Origin: a virus
Virus record (IMG/VR): IMGVR_UViG_3300005805_000042
DNA: 64,000 nt
Direction: 5' to 3' (one strand)
Program-made: the position numbers and the translations under genes
Shown here: positions 49,901 through 57,930 of the stretch, one piece after another
Layout of the letters: every line of letters begins with the position of its first letter
How positions within the stretch are numbered: position 1 is the first letter of the stretch
Notes under the pieces: generated by a model
Databases searched by the model: none
What the model was told of the DNA's origin: nothing
The model's input: the letters and a program-made list of their open reading frames with translations, nothing else

Positions 49901-50165
49901 CTTTGGCAATGTAAGCGGCTTCATATTTCGGTATTTGTGTTCCGATAAATTTTTCAGGTATGGTTCCCCCAAAGAAAGTCTGAAACTCATCGAAATTTGT
50001 TATAAAAATTGGTTCGAAGGCGGGACCTCTTAGAGTCTCCCCTACCAAACCTAATGTGGTTACACCCACACTTTGTGCTACAAACGATAAATCAGTTTCT
50101 GATGTATAAACCCCTGGGGATACAAAAACTTTTTGATTTGCTTGTGATGTTACTTGAAAAAACAT
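46959..50165 (-). CDS. Contractile tail sheath protein
   Basis: FVSPGVYTSETDLS N-terminus; PWFASAGYTRG, RINPIATF...GTVIWGNKTLQ...LNRLNVRRLL C-terminus; 1068 aa. Confidence 0.95.
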   Translation of the reverse strand: MFFQVTSQANQKVFVSPGVYTSETDLSFVAQSVGVTTLGLVGETLRGPAFEPIFITNFDEFQTFFGGTIPEKFIGTQIPKYEAAYIAKAYLQQSNQLFVTRILGLSGYDAGPSWSLQAIANVNGTTVGIDTGVASVPFTTTFSGFTTGNTLTFGGGLPSLVSNALNTSYTLIDGSTSTYNNDLFGFMISISADTSLTGSTVNVYGSIPTSDYDVLDSQYTTFDNVFGCDDLSLDFADLTDGNNDPWYYATFDVTTSNSYSGYSWYYNVTNFVTGASGSFSGTITGETYTYSGTAYTDWNNLILATLRSRGISIYNANDHGPQYQVTGLTDLNLICTGAYSGISQSPFATFQLSGVTFEGNTFTFDTSFDSTNANYLTKVLGVTNFSKPRQDVPIYVEESYLGMLNYGFNKGYVRGVKCDLIALPEARDKSSTTSIAWNLEQYQTPKTPFLVSELRGNKVYELFRFVTISDGFEANTQVKISIANISFNNSTFDVQVRDFFDTDANPVVYEKFTNCTMDPASNSFVAKKIGSVDGEYPLNSAYVMIELSDEYPIDALPCGFYGLEERVYESVTNPSPFPIIKTKYFFPGETIYDPPFGTTAGGSNIVSSSGDIVRRTYLGISTQFGIDSDLLQYKGKKNPVVGWDLATTSESWNYQTKGFHMDSGATIITIANSQVTSGTPAFDCGVASFDGEPTSQDNPYYFLYSRKFTTVFQGGFDGWDIYREFRTNQDRFALGAQGYLQGATPTQRYPTASGDGTFKRIVIGDNTQDFANTDYYAYLLGQLTFNNPESTNINVFATPGIDYVNNSNLAELAIGMVENERADAVYVVTTPDYNMFTSDATSQFEIIYPQEAVDNLDQTGIDSSYTATYYPWILERDTVNNTQIYLPATGQVCRNLALTDNISFPWFASAGYTRGLVNSVKARLKLTQEDRDTLYQGRINPIATFSDVGTVIWGNKTLQVRDSALNRLNVRRLLLQARKLISAVAVRLLFEQNDEIVRQQFLDSVNPILDAIRRDRGLYDFRVTVASTPEDLDRNTLTGKIYLKPTKALEFIDIEFLITPTGASFENI

Positions 50166-50202
50166 TTTTTTAAATTTTTCTTATTCGGTTTTATTTTATT
50201 AG

Positions 50203-50209
50203 ATAAATA
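50203..50209 (-). promoter_or_regulatory. TATTTAT late-gene motif
   Basis: 37 nt upstream of the sheath ATG 50165. Confidence 0.6.
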
Positions 50210-50289
50210 TTTGATTTAAAACCAAAAAACTTGACTTTTGAATATGTATTATTAAACGGTGAGAATTTTTTCTACCTTTTTTCTTCCTT

Positions 50290-50451
50290 ATGAAAAACAC
50301 CCCCAAGTCTATCAAGAACCTGAAAATATCAGAAAGTACCCATGAGGTACTAAAAAGTTATTGCGAAAAAAATGGTTTGAAGATGTATAAGTTCTTAGAA
50401 AAACTCATTTTAGACAACTGTAAGGTAACAAAAGACATCTACGGAGAGTAA
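50290..50451 (+). CDS. Small ribbon-helix-helix-like DNA-binding protein; absent from ORF track
   Basis: 53 aa, MKNTPKSIKNLKISESTHEVLKSYCEKNGLKMYKFLEKLILDNCKVTKDIYGE; the strand-helix-G-helix pattern fits RHH. Confidence 0.65.
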   Translation: MKNTPKSIKNLKISESTHEVLKSYCEKNGLKMYKFLEKLILDNCKVTKDIYGE

Positions 50452-51513
50452 TTAAACTAACTTACTTTCGAACTCAATTACCGATTCACCCGAAGTGTTT
50501 TTGGTAATATCTACGCGAAAAATATCACCGGTATTTAATTGTATAGTTGTGATATTTTCACCATAAAAATCATCATTAATAAAAACTTCGTAAGAAAGAA
50601 CATTCAAAGATGAAATAAATGTAAGGTCAACTCTATAATCAACTTGGTCGTCAATTAAGGATGTATTACCCGAGGTGTATAGAAGTTTGTAAGTAAATTC
50701 ATCAGGATTCGAAGGAGTAATTTCCGCTCTTCTACCTTTTGGAACTTGGGTGTCAACTTCAAATAATTGCACGACACGAGAAATTGCTGGTTTTACTTCA
50801 AATTCTTCCTCATCAATTAAGTAACCTAACATTGTAAATTCGTAACTTTGAATATAATAATTTCTTTTTTCAACATCGATTACTGATTCATCTGAAACAT
50901 TGTTCATTATTATTGGGACATACTGTCCTTTGATAAATGTGTACGCTTGACGAGAAGAAAAAGTTTGAAGAACATTTTTATTGAATGTATTCAACTCCCT
51001 CATTCTATTACAAATGATTTTAACACTGTAATTAATATCTACAGGAACGGGTTGAGGTATAGTATAAACATCATACCCTTTTTGGTTACCATTCCATGTT
51101 GGAACCGTGGCATAATAAAATTGTTTTCTAACAGGAATTGTATATTGAAGTGATGGATTTGTCCCGTATTTTACTTCAGGTTGTCTCACAAGAGTAATAA
51201 ATGGAAGTTGAACATTGAAATCATCATCTTTAAAGTTCCAAGTTTCAGTAAATTGTGACCATCTTTGATTTGTTATAATTTTGTCAATAACACTAATGTC
51301 TTTTCCCGAAACAATTGTCTTCAATTCATTTTTAACAAATTCTAACATCCCCCCATCCAAATCAGCATGAAGAACACTCTGAGGAAGATATGTTCCGTCT
51401 TCATTGATAAACTGTAGAAGTTGTTCTCTTCGGGCGGACAAAGTCTTTGGAGGAACCAAGTCAATATCCATCTTGATTTGTTTCTTAAAAATGGGGTTTT
51501 TAGGAAGTGCCAT
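50452..51513 (-). CDS. Tail completion / sheath terminator (T4 gp15-like)
   Basis: LPFITLVR, PVPVDINYSVKIIC...MRELN pattern; upstream of sheath. Confidence 0.6.
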   Translation of the reverse strand: MALPKNPIFKKQIKMDIDLVPPKTLSARREQLLQFINEDGTYLPQSVLHADLDGGMLEFVKNELKTIVSGKDISVIDKIITNQRWSQFTETWNFKDDDFNVQLPFITLVRQPEVKYGTNPSLQYTIPVRKQFYYATVPTWNGNQKGYDVYTIPQPVPVDINYSVKIICNRMRELNTFNKNVLQTFSSRQAYTFIKGQYVPIIMNNVSDESVIDVEKRNYYIQSYEFTMLGYLIDEEEFEVKPAISRVVQLFEVDTQVPKGRRAEITPSNPDEFTYKLLYTSGNTSLIDDQVDYRVDLTFISSLNVLSYEVFINDDFYGENITTIQLNTGDIFRVDITKNTSGESVIEFESKLV

Positions 51514-52028
51514 TATGTACCGTAAAATTCATTTTGACTTGTTGGGGTTGCAATGATTGTTCTGTAGAACGGTTTGTAACCTCCATAAGTGTGTTTATTG
51601 TCAGACACAACACGACCATCGTCAGATACGGTATAGTACCTAACTTTATCTTCGGATTCATAATACCCAAAGTAATCACCCATTTGAATATCAACACCTA
51701 ATTCTTCCAAGTAAGCACGGTAAATGGAGAACCTCATATTACCTGGCTCGTTTTGTTCTACACGAGATGTACCGAGTCTCTGAGCGGTGGGGGCTAAGAT
51801 TTGAACATAACCCTTAAGTTCAACAGGAGCAAGAAACTGAATACCTCCTTCTGGTGATTCTCCATATACATCATCGATACGGGTACGGTATCTATCGATA
51901 CGATACAATACCACAGTAAAGTTCATATCACCTTCTAACCATTCTTGACCCATGGAAATATCAAGGTTATAATCCTCCGCACCGAAGAACTTACCTAACC
52001 GCGTAATTGGAACTAATTTCTCTGCCAT
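51513..52028 (-). CDS. Neck/head-completion protein (T4 gp14-like)
   Basis: DDVYGES...F..PVELKGYV, GD...Y pattern; TAATG-coupled to the gp15-like gene. Confidence 0.6.
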   Translation of the reverse strand: MAEKLVPITRLGKFFGAEDYNLDISMGQEWLEGDMNFTVVLYRIDRYRTRIDDVYGESPEGGIQFLAPVELKGYVQILAPTAQRLGTSRVEQNEPGNMRFSIYRAYLEELGVDIQMGDYFGYYESEDKVRYYTVSDDGRVVSDNKHTYGGYKPFYRTIIATPTSQNEFYGT

Positions 52029-52041
52029 AGTAGTTATATTG

Positions 52042-52048
52042 ATAAATA
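52042..52048 (-). promoter_or_regulatory. TATTTAT late-gene motif
   Basis: 13 nt upstream of the gp14-like ATG 52028. Confidence 0.6.
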
Positions 52049-52081
52049 CCTCTTTTTAATTTATATTTTAAATAAAAAATT

Positions 52082-52477
52082 ATGGAACTTATTTTACCCT
52101 CAAAGATTACATTAAAATCTAGTGATGTTCATGGATTAGGTATCTTTGCAACAAAAAAAATAAAAAAAGGTGAAGTCATCGAAGAGAGCCCAATCATGAG
52201 ACTACCTATCGAGCCAGGAGAGAGTAGTCCTTTGTTTTCAAACTATCGATTTGCATGGCCTAAAGGAGAAGGATGGCATAGTCATGTTGTGGCTATGGGA
52301 TACGCATCGTATTACAACCACTCGGATAACCCAAATGCTGAATGGAACAACAATTTAGAAAACATGACTTTTATGTTTACCGCCCTTACGGACATCAAAC
52401 CTGGTGAGGAAATCTTTGTTTACTACGGACCAGAAACTTACTGGTTTGACGAGCAAACGAAGGTTGAAGGAAAATAA
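52082..52477 (+). CDS. SET-domain lysine methyltransferase
   Basis: HGLGIFATKKIKKGEVI, YNHSDNPNA, IKPGEEIFVYYG. Confidence 0.92.
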   Translation: MELILPSKITLKSSDVHGLGIFATKKIKKGEVIEESPIMRLPIEPGESSPLFSNYRFAWPKGEGWHSHVVAMGYASYYNHSDNPNAEWNNNLENMTFMFTALTDIKPGEEIFVYYGPETYWFDEQTKVEGK

Positions 52478-54231
52478 TGTCAGTTGGACTAACAATAGAA
52501 TCCAAAGCCATCTCCATATTGGAGAACTACTCGGGGGCTAACAACTATATCTTGGGGTTAAAAGTCAAACTTGACAAAAACTCCAAGTTTTATCCTACGC
52601 GTAGTCAATCAGAATACATCATTAATAATCATTCTAAGACCCCACTTGTAGCAAAGAAGTGGGTTGTCTTGGATTCTTATTTTGCTAATAAGATTGCCGA
52701 TGAGAGATTAATGATGACAATTCCCGAAAAGATTTGGATTGAAAAATTGTTGGCAGAAAAAGATAAAGCCTACCACATTTGGGGTAAATTCTCTGAGGAA
52801 GACCCCTTGACGGAGATGTGGATTCCTAAAGTAGCAATTATCAAAGATAACAAAGTTGAAATTGCCGAAGTTGATTACACAAAATATTCACATCGTCCTC
52901 CCCTTGAACACCAAAAGGTTGCCATCGAAGAACTCCTTAAAAATAAGAAGTACATCTTGGCGGATGATATGGGTTTGGGAAAAACTACCTCGACAATTAT
53001 CGCATCATTAGAAATGGGGGTAAAAAAGATTTTGATAATCTGTCCCGCCTCTCTGAAAATTAATTGGCAAAGAGAATATCAACTCTACTCTGAAAAAACA
53101 AGTTATGTCTGTGAGGGCAAAAACTACTCTGAAGAATCTGATATTGTGATAATGAATTACGACATTATCAAAAATTTCCACGATTCAAAAGACAGAAAGA
53201 ACTCGATAATTATGAAGTCCAATTTCGATTTAGTTATCATCGATGAGGCACACTATATTCAAAATGTACAAGCTCAAAGAACCAAACTAATCAACGACTT
53301 GGTTAGAGACATCGACCGATTGTGGTTATTAACGGGAACCCCTATGACCTCTCGACCAATTAACTATTTCAATCTTTTGTCGTTGGTTGATTCCCCCGTT
53401 GCCAAAAATTGGATGGCGTATGTTGTTAGATATTGTTCGGGATATCAGTTTAGGGTTGGTCCAAGAAAAGTTTGGAATGTAATGGGTGCGTCCAACTTGG
53501 AAGAATTAAGAGACCGAACCGGTGCAACTGTCCTTAGAAGATTAAAAGAAGATGTATTGGACTTACCTGAAAAAATTATCACTCCTGTATACCTTCGCCT
53601 TCGTTCGAAACTTTACGAAGAGGTTATGGGAGATTATTATAATTGGTATGAAAAAAATCCTGAGGAAAGTAAAAACCTTTCAATTCAGTTCACCAAACTA
53701 ACTCAGGTAAGACAGGTAATTGCTGAGGAAAAAACTCAACACACAATTGAACTTGCGGAAAACATTGTGGAACAAGGGAAAAAAGTTATCATCTTTTGTA
53801 ATTTCACCAAGTCACTTGAAACAATCGTTAATCACTTTGGTAAAAGTGCTGTGAGGTTAGATGGTTCGATGAATAAGACCCAAAGACAGGATTCCGTAGA
53901 TAGGTTTCAAGAAGATGATAATGTAAAAGTGTTTGTTGGTAACATCAAGGCTGCTGGCGTGGGAATTACCCTAACCGCAGCCGAAGCTGTAATTATGAAT
54001 GACCTTTCATTTCTTCCTTCAGACCACAGTCAGTCAGAAGATAGGGCATACAGATACGGACAAAAAAATAATGTTTTGGTGTACTACCCAATTTTCGAAA
54101 ACACAATCGAGGGTATCATCTACGACATATTAAACAATAAAAAAAGAATAATAGCTACAGTTATGGGTGATACTTCGGATGAGACAAATATTGTTGAAGA
54201 AATTTTAAAGAGTATAAATCAAAGGAGATAA
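52477..54231 (+). CDS. SNF2-family (SMARCAL1-like) helicase/ATPase
   Basis: LADDMGLGKT, IIDEAH, LTGTP, QSEDRAYRYGQ. Confidence 0.93.
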   Translation: MSVGLTIESKAISILENYSGANNYILGLKVKLDKNSKFYPTRSQSEYIINNHSKTPLVAKKWVVLDSYFANKIADERLMMTIPEKIWIEKLLAEKDKAYHIWGKFSEEDPLTEMWIPKVAIIKDNKVEIAEVDYTKYSHRPPLEHQKVAIEELLKNKKYILADDMGLGKTTSTIIASLEMGVKKILIICPASLKINWQREYQLYSEKTSYVCEGKNYSEESDIVIMNYDIIKNFHDSKDRKNSIIMKSNFDLVIIDEAHYIQNVQAQRTKLINDLVRDIDRLWLLTGTPMTSRPINYFNLLSLVDSPVAKNWMAYVVRYCSGYQFRVGPRKVWNVMGASNLEELRDRTGATVLRRLKEDVLDLPEKIITPVYLRLRSKLYEEVMGDYYNWYEKNPEESKNLSIQFTKLTQVRQVIAEEKTQHTIELAENIVEQGKKVIIFCNFTKSLETIVNHFGKSAVRLDGSMNKTQRQDSVDRFQEDDNVKVFVGNIKAAGVGITLTAAEAVIMNDLSFLPSDHSQSEDRAYRYGQKNNVLVYYPIFENTIEGIIYDILNNKKRIIATVMGDTSDETNIVEEILKSINQRR

Positions 54232-54246
54232 TCGGTAGTTGTCTAT

Positions 54247-54254
54247 TATTTATA
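54247..54254 (+). promoter_or_regulatory. TATTTATA late-gene motif
   Basis: 17 nt upstream of the SOD-fusion ATG 54272. Confidence 0.6.
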
Positions 54255-54271
54255 GAAAAATAATATAGACC

Positions 54272-55798
54272 ATGCAACACATACAAGAATCGGTAGAGAA
54301 GATTGAAAAACAAATTCTTCACGAACAAAAAAGAGAACAAGCCAAAGAACTTTTACAAGAAGGAAAAAAAATCGGAATAGAAAAATTACCCTACAGTTAC
54401 TCTGCGGTAAAAAGATTCATAGATTCCGAAACCATGAATGTCCACTACAACAAACACTACAAAGGTTATGTGGATAAACTCAACAACTTATTGTCAAAGA
54501 GAAAGGGAGACCATGACCTCGAAAAAATAATCAGAGGTATTTCAAAATACCCTAAAGGAGTAAGAGATAACGCAGGGGGTGCATTTAACCACGCTCTTTT
54601 TTGGAATATGTTATCCCCCCAACCACAAAGAATCGGTAAAGAGTTACTTCAACAAATTAAAAAAGATTTTGGAACATTCGAGAAGTTTAAAAAACAATTC
54701 GAAGAAGTTGCCATACAAAGATTCGGTTCAGGATGGGTGTGGTTAATCCTTACCAACAAAGGAACCCTAAAGATAATGTCAACTCCCAATCAAGATAATC
54801 CATTGATGAATGTAATTGAAGGCGGCGGATATCCAATTTTGGGCTTAGATTTGTGGGAACATGCATACTACCTCAAATACAAAAACAAAAGAGATGAGTA
54901 TATCAAAAACTTTTGGACCGTGGTCAATTGGGACTTTGTGGGAGATATGTATACACTCAAAACACAAACCAAGTTATTGGAGTCACAAGAAATGGGTAAG
55001 ATACTAATGGAAACAAAATCAGAATCGTGTACAAGGGGGGAAGTAGAATTCTTCAGAGTGTTGTTCAACAACAACCTACGCGCAAGAGACATCTATAAGA
55101 ATACAATTAATGATATTCTTAGAAACCTCTTTGCTGACAACTACCACAACAAAAGGGAGAATGGTGAAATACCTGGGGTTTACGATTTAGAAAAACCGGG
55201 TCGTAGTGTCATTAATTATATGAACACTAACTATTCCGTCTTTTGTATTATGGTAAGAGATTTAAATAGAGTGATTACCAAGTCACTCAAGGAAAAATCT
55301 GTAAACTTCGAAGGGAAGACCCCTGCAGAACAAATCACAGAAATGAAAAGACTCTGTAATTACATCGAACAATTCAGTTCAAGAATTTTTGACCCAAACA
55401 GTCAAACATTCCATTCTATTATGAATACCCTCAAAGAGAAGGATAATGTTGGTACCCGTAGAGAAAATATGGCACAGGTTCGTCTTCAAGAGAGTATTCC
55501 AAACGCTAAGGTAATTGTGACAGCAGGTGCTGGAAAAACCAAAGACGCAATTCAAAAAATAGACATGGAAATAGTTGTCGAAAACTCGAAACTTACTGCA
55601 CAGGTAAAAGGGTTCGATGAGATTTTGGAACAAAACGGTCGTTTGGTTGTGACCAAGACTGGTGAAGTCGCAAAATACAATGTTGATTGGATGGTATTTG
55701 TTAAGGGTAAAAAAGTGGTTGTCTTTGAAAACAAAGGTGAAATTGTCATGGGAAACTATGTTTTTGAGAAAACACAAATGATATACGATTTGAGATAA
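54272..55798 (+). CDS. sod: Fe/Mn superoxide dismutase (Mn-type signature) fused to C-terminal PD-(D/E)xK-like domain
   Basis: HYNKHYKGYV, NAGGAFNHALFW, FGSGWVWL, TPNQDNP, DLWEHAYY. About 270 extra C-terminal aa with G.RRE...D....ID...T.QVK. Confidence 0.85.
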   Translation: MQHIQESVEKIEKQILHEQKREQAKELLQEGKKIGIEKLPYSYSAVKRFIDSETMNVHYNKHYKGYVDKLNNLLSKRKGDHDLEKIIRGISKYPKGVRDNAGGAFNHALFWNMLSPQPQRIGKELLQQIKKDFGTFEKFKKQFEEVAIQRFGSGWVWLILTNKGTLKIMSTPNQDNPLMNVIEGGGYPILGLDLWEHAYYLKYKNKRDEYIKNFWTVVNWDFVGDMYTLKTQTKLLESQEMGKILMETKSESCTRGEVEFFRVLFNNNLRARDIYKNTINDILRNLFADNYHNKRENGEIPGVYDLEKPGRSVINYMNTNYSVFCIMVRDLNRVITKSLKEKSVNFEGKTPAEQITEMKRLCNYIEQFSSRIFDPNSQTFHSIMNTLKEKDNVGTRRENMAQVRLQESIPNAKVIVTAGAGKTKDAIQKIDMEIVVENSKLTAQVKGFDEILEQNGRLVVTKTGEVAKYNVDWMVFVKGKKVVVFENKGEIVMGNYVFEKTQMIYDLR

Positions 55799-55804
55799 TC
55801 GCGG

Positions 55805-55812
55805 TATTTATA
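55805..55812 (+). promoter_or_regulatory. TATTTATA late-gene motif
   Basis: 3 nt upstream of the gp13-like ATG 55816. Confidence 0.6.
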
Positions 55813-55815
55813 GGT

Positions 55816-56934
55816 ATGGCTGTATTACCTGAACCCGAAAGAAGTAGAATTTATACACGACTTCGTCACCAACTTGGTGCCCCTCTGAGAGCTGTAGAAC
55901 TTGAAGATGAAATGTTGGACTCCTTGATGGAATTATCCATTCAAGACTATGAACAATATACTTTGGATTGGCTTATTGAATCTAACTGGGTTAATTTGGT
56001 TAACCTAAATATGAACGAGAAATCAGTGGCTAGAGCTTTGGTTACCCGTACTTTTAATTTAGAAGACCAATTTACATATGCATACTCTAAGATTGTGGGT
56101 TTACAAACTACAGGTCCTTATGTGTTGAAAAAGGATTATTTTGTGTTAAGTGCTAACACCCAATCATACGAAATACCTGCAGGTAGAGAAATAAATGAGT
56201 TACTATGGTTTTCGAATCAACCTTTTCAGAACTTAGCTCTTTTTGGTACAACTGATTATGGGTTTGGTGGTTTGGGATTAGGAGCAAACCAAGCGGGATA
56301 CGCTCAAATTGGAAATGCGGGTTCTTATTTTATGCTAAGTGGCTTTGATTATCTACTTCGATTCCAAGAGGCAAATATTCTAAATAGAATTTTGGGTGGG
56401 GCGTTGACTTACAAAATTACGGGATTACCTGATGGTAAAAGATTAGTGACCCTCTACAACGCACCTGGTTCAAACTTTTCGTTTAGTAATTATTCCTCTT
56501 ACACCGGCAAAGCTGTTTGGTATTGGTATTATGATGTTGATGGGGACAGTCGTGCACAATGTATAAAAGACAATCCTGACATTATCAAATTACCGTCTGA
56601 TGTTCCAATCGAAGAACTTTCTTGGGAAGACTTAAATGTGCCAGCGCAACAATGGGTCAGAAAGTGGTTTACCGCATATTCTAAAGAAACATTATCAAGA
56701 GTTAGAGGAAAATATTCAGGAAATCTTAAAACACCTGACTCAGAGCTTCAAATGGACTATCAGTCGTTGGCTACGGAGTCCAAGGATGAAAAATCTAAAT
56801 TAGAAGAAGAATTGAAACTAAGGTTAGAAAGACTACGCCCTGAAAAACAAATGGAAAAAGAAGCACTATTGGCAGAAAATCTCAACAAACAAATGAAGTT
56901 TAGAGCAATGCCAAGACAAATCTATGTTGTTTAA
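55816..56934 (+). CDS. Neck / head-tail adaptor protein (T4 gp13-like)
   Basis: LRHQLGAPLRAVELEDE, WVRKWFTAYSKETLSRVRGKYSG...ELQMD pattern. Confidence 0.75.
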   Translation: MAVLPEPERSRIYTRLRHQLGAPLRAVELEDEMLDSLMELSIQDYEQYTLDWLIESNWVNLVNLNMNEKSVARALVTRTFNLEDQFTYAYSKIVGLQTTGPYVLKKDYFVLSANTQSYEIPAGREINELLWFSNQPFQNLALFGTTDYGFGGLGLGANQAGYAQIGNAGSYFMLSGFDYLLRFQEANILNRILGGALTYKITGLPDGKRLVTLYNAPGSNFSFSNYSSYTGKAVWYWYYDVDGDSRAQCIKDNPDIIKLPSDVPIEELSWEDLNVPAQQWVRKWFTAYSKETLSRVRGKYSGNLKTPDSELQMDYQSLATESKDEKSKLEEELKLRLERLRPEKQMEKEALLAENLNKQMKFRAMPRQIYVV

Positions 56935-56935
56935 T

Positions 56936-57313
56936 ATGGAAAACAGAGACCGTCTTAAATCAATTTTTGATTATCTTTTTAAATCGATAGATACCAATTT
57001 CAAAATAGTTGATACTAAACTATTTTTAACCCTCACCAAAGCAGGTGAGTTAGTTGCATATACTTTTGTGATAAAAACAACTCAAGATTTTGATGGTGTT
57101 GAATACCAACAAATGGCAAAAGACTTGGATGAGGCCGAAAACACATTGTCCGAAATTTTTTCCAAGAATATAATTACTAAAAATCTCAAAATGTCGAATT
57201 CTCAAAATTATCCTAACCTTTGGGTTGGAATTCTTATTAATAAGTTAAACGCAGATAATGTAAAAGGTCGTATGGATACTGAGTGGGAAATATATGTAGA
57301 TTTAAACGAATAA
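56936..57313 (+). CDS. Hypothetical protein
   Basis: Start reassigned to ATG 56936, just after the gp13-like stop. Confidence 0.6.
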   Translation: MENRDRLKSIFDYLFKSIDTNFKIVDTKLFLTLTKAGELVAYTFVIKTTQDFDGVEYQQMAKDLDEAENTLSEIFSKNIITKNLKMSNSQNYPNLWVGILINKLNADNVKGRMDTEWEIYVDLNE

Positions 57314-57320
57314 ATAAGTT

Positions 57321-57656
57321 ATGTCAGTAATAAAAAACACACCCTCACAAAGAGTTATCAATGGAAAAATGATAACTACATCTGAAACAGCAGTGGTTTC
57401 TGAGCCGTTTTATGAAACACACGGAGAAGCTTGTATTGTCATCCGTGGTGTACCTCAAGCAAAAGTCCGTTTGGATAGTATGTCTACCGACCATACAGTA
57501 ATCAAAGCGATGACAAAAGTTCTTATTGTTCCCGATATCGGCAGAATCGATGAAGATTACGATGAACTTTTAATTGAAAGAGGTGCTTGCGTAGAATTTA
57601 GATTCTGTGCCGGTGTGTGGTATATTATATCCTCTGACGGACTCAAGCAGTCTTAA
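57321..57656 (+). CDS. Small beta-rich hypothetical protein
   Basis: 111-aa ORF ending GACVEFRFCAGVWYIISS. Confidence 0.65.
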   Translation: MSVIKNTPSQRVINGKMITTSETAVVSEPFYETHGEACIVIRGVPQAKVRLDSMSTDHTVIKAMTKVLIVPDIGRIDEDYDELLIERGACVEFRFCAGVWYIISSDGLKQS

Positions 57657-57930
57657 GTGGGATATTTTTCAAGTCTCTAATCTTTATTGTCCTTAAATTG
57701 GTTGTACCCTCGGCCAATTTGACGAACACACCTTGGTTTGCCAAGAATTCAAAAACATAAAAAAGGTAATCTGCAAGTACCAAGTCAGGTCGAGTGACCG
57801 ATACTCCAATATGTTCGGGAGAATACTCTCGGGTGGGACGACCAACTTGTTTATCACTACCACGACGGATAATCCAAAAATCAGCCGCGGGATTGTCAAT
57901 GTTGAGGTTAACTATGTCTTTCAGTTTCAT
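57643..57930 (-). CDS. Stand-alone 95-aa protein resembling part of a type I R-M specificity (HsdS TRD) domain
   Basis: MKLKDI... start and DYLFYVFEFLANQGVFVKLAEGTTNLRTIKIRDLKNIPL end resemble TRD termini; start reassigned to ATG 57930. Confidence 0.5.
   Translation of the reverse strand: MKLKDIVNLNIDNPAADFWIIRRGSDKQVGRPTREYSPEHIGVSVTRPDLVLADYLFYVFEFLANQGVFVKLAEGTTNLRTIKIRDLKNIPLKTA

Noticed and set aside
46041-50260. TTGACT hexamers at 46041 and 50231 as sigma70 -35 boxes
   Set aside because: No convincing -10 at 17-nt spacing, and the DNA is AT-rich; not supportable without TSS data.
19287-52028. Bacterial extracellular contractile injection system instead of a phage
   Set aside because: It is interleaved with phage replication genes (gp32-like SSB, UvsX, DnaB, PolB) and head-tail neck genes.
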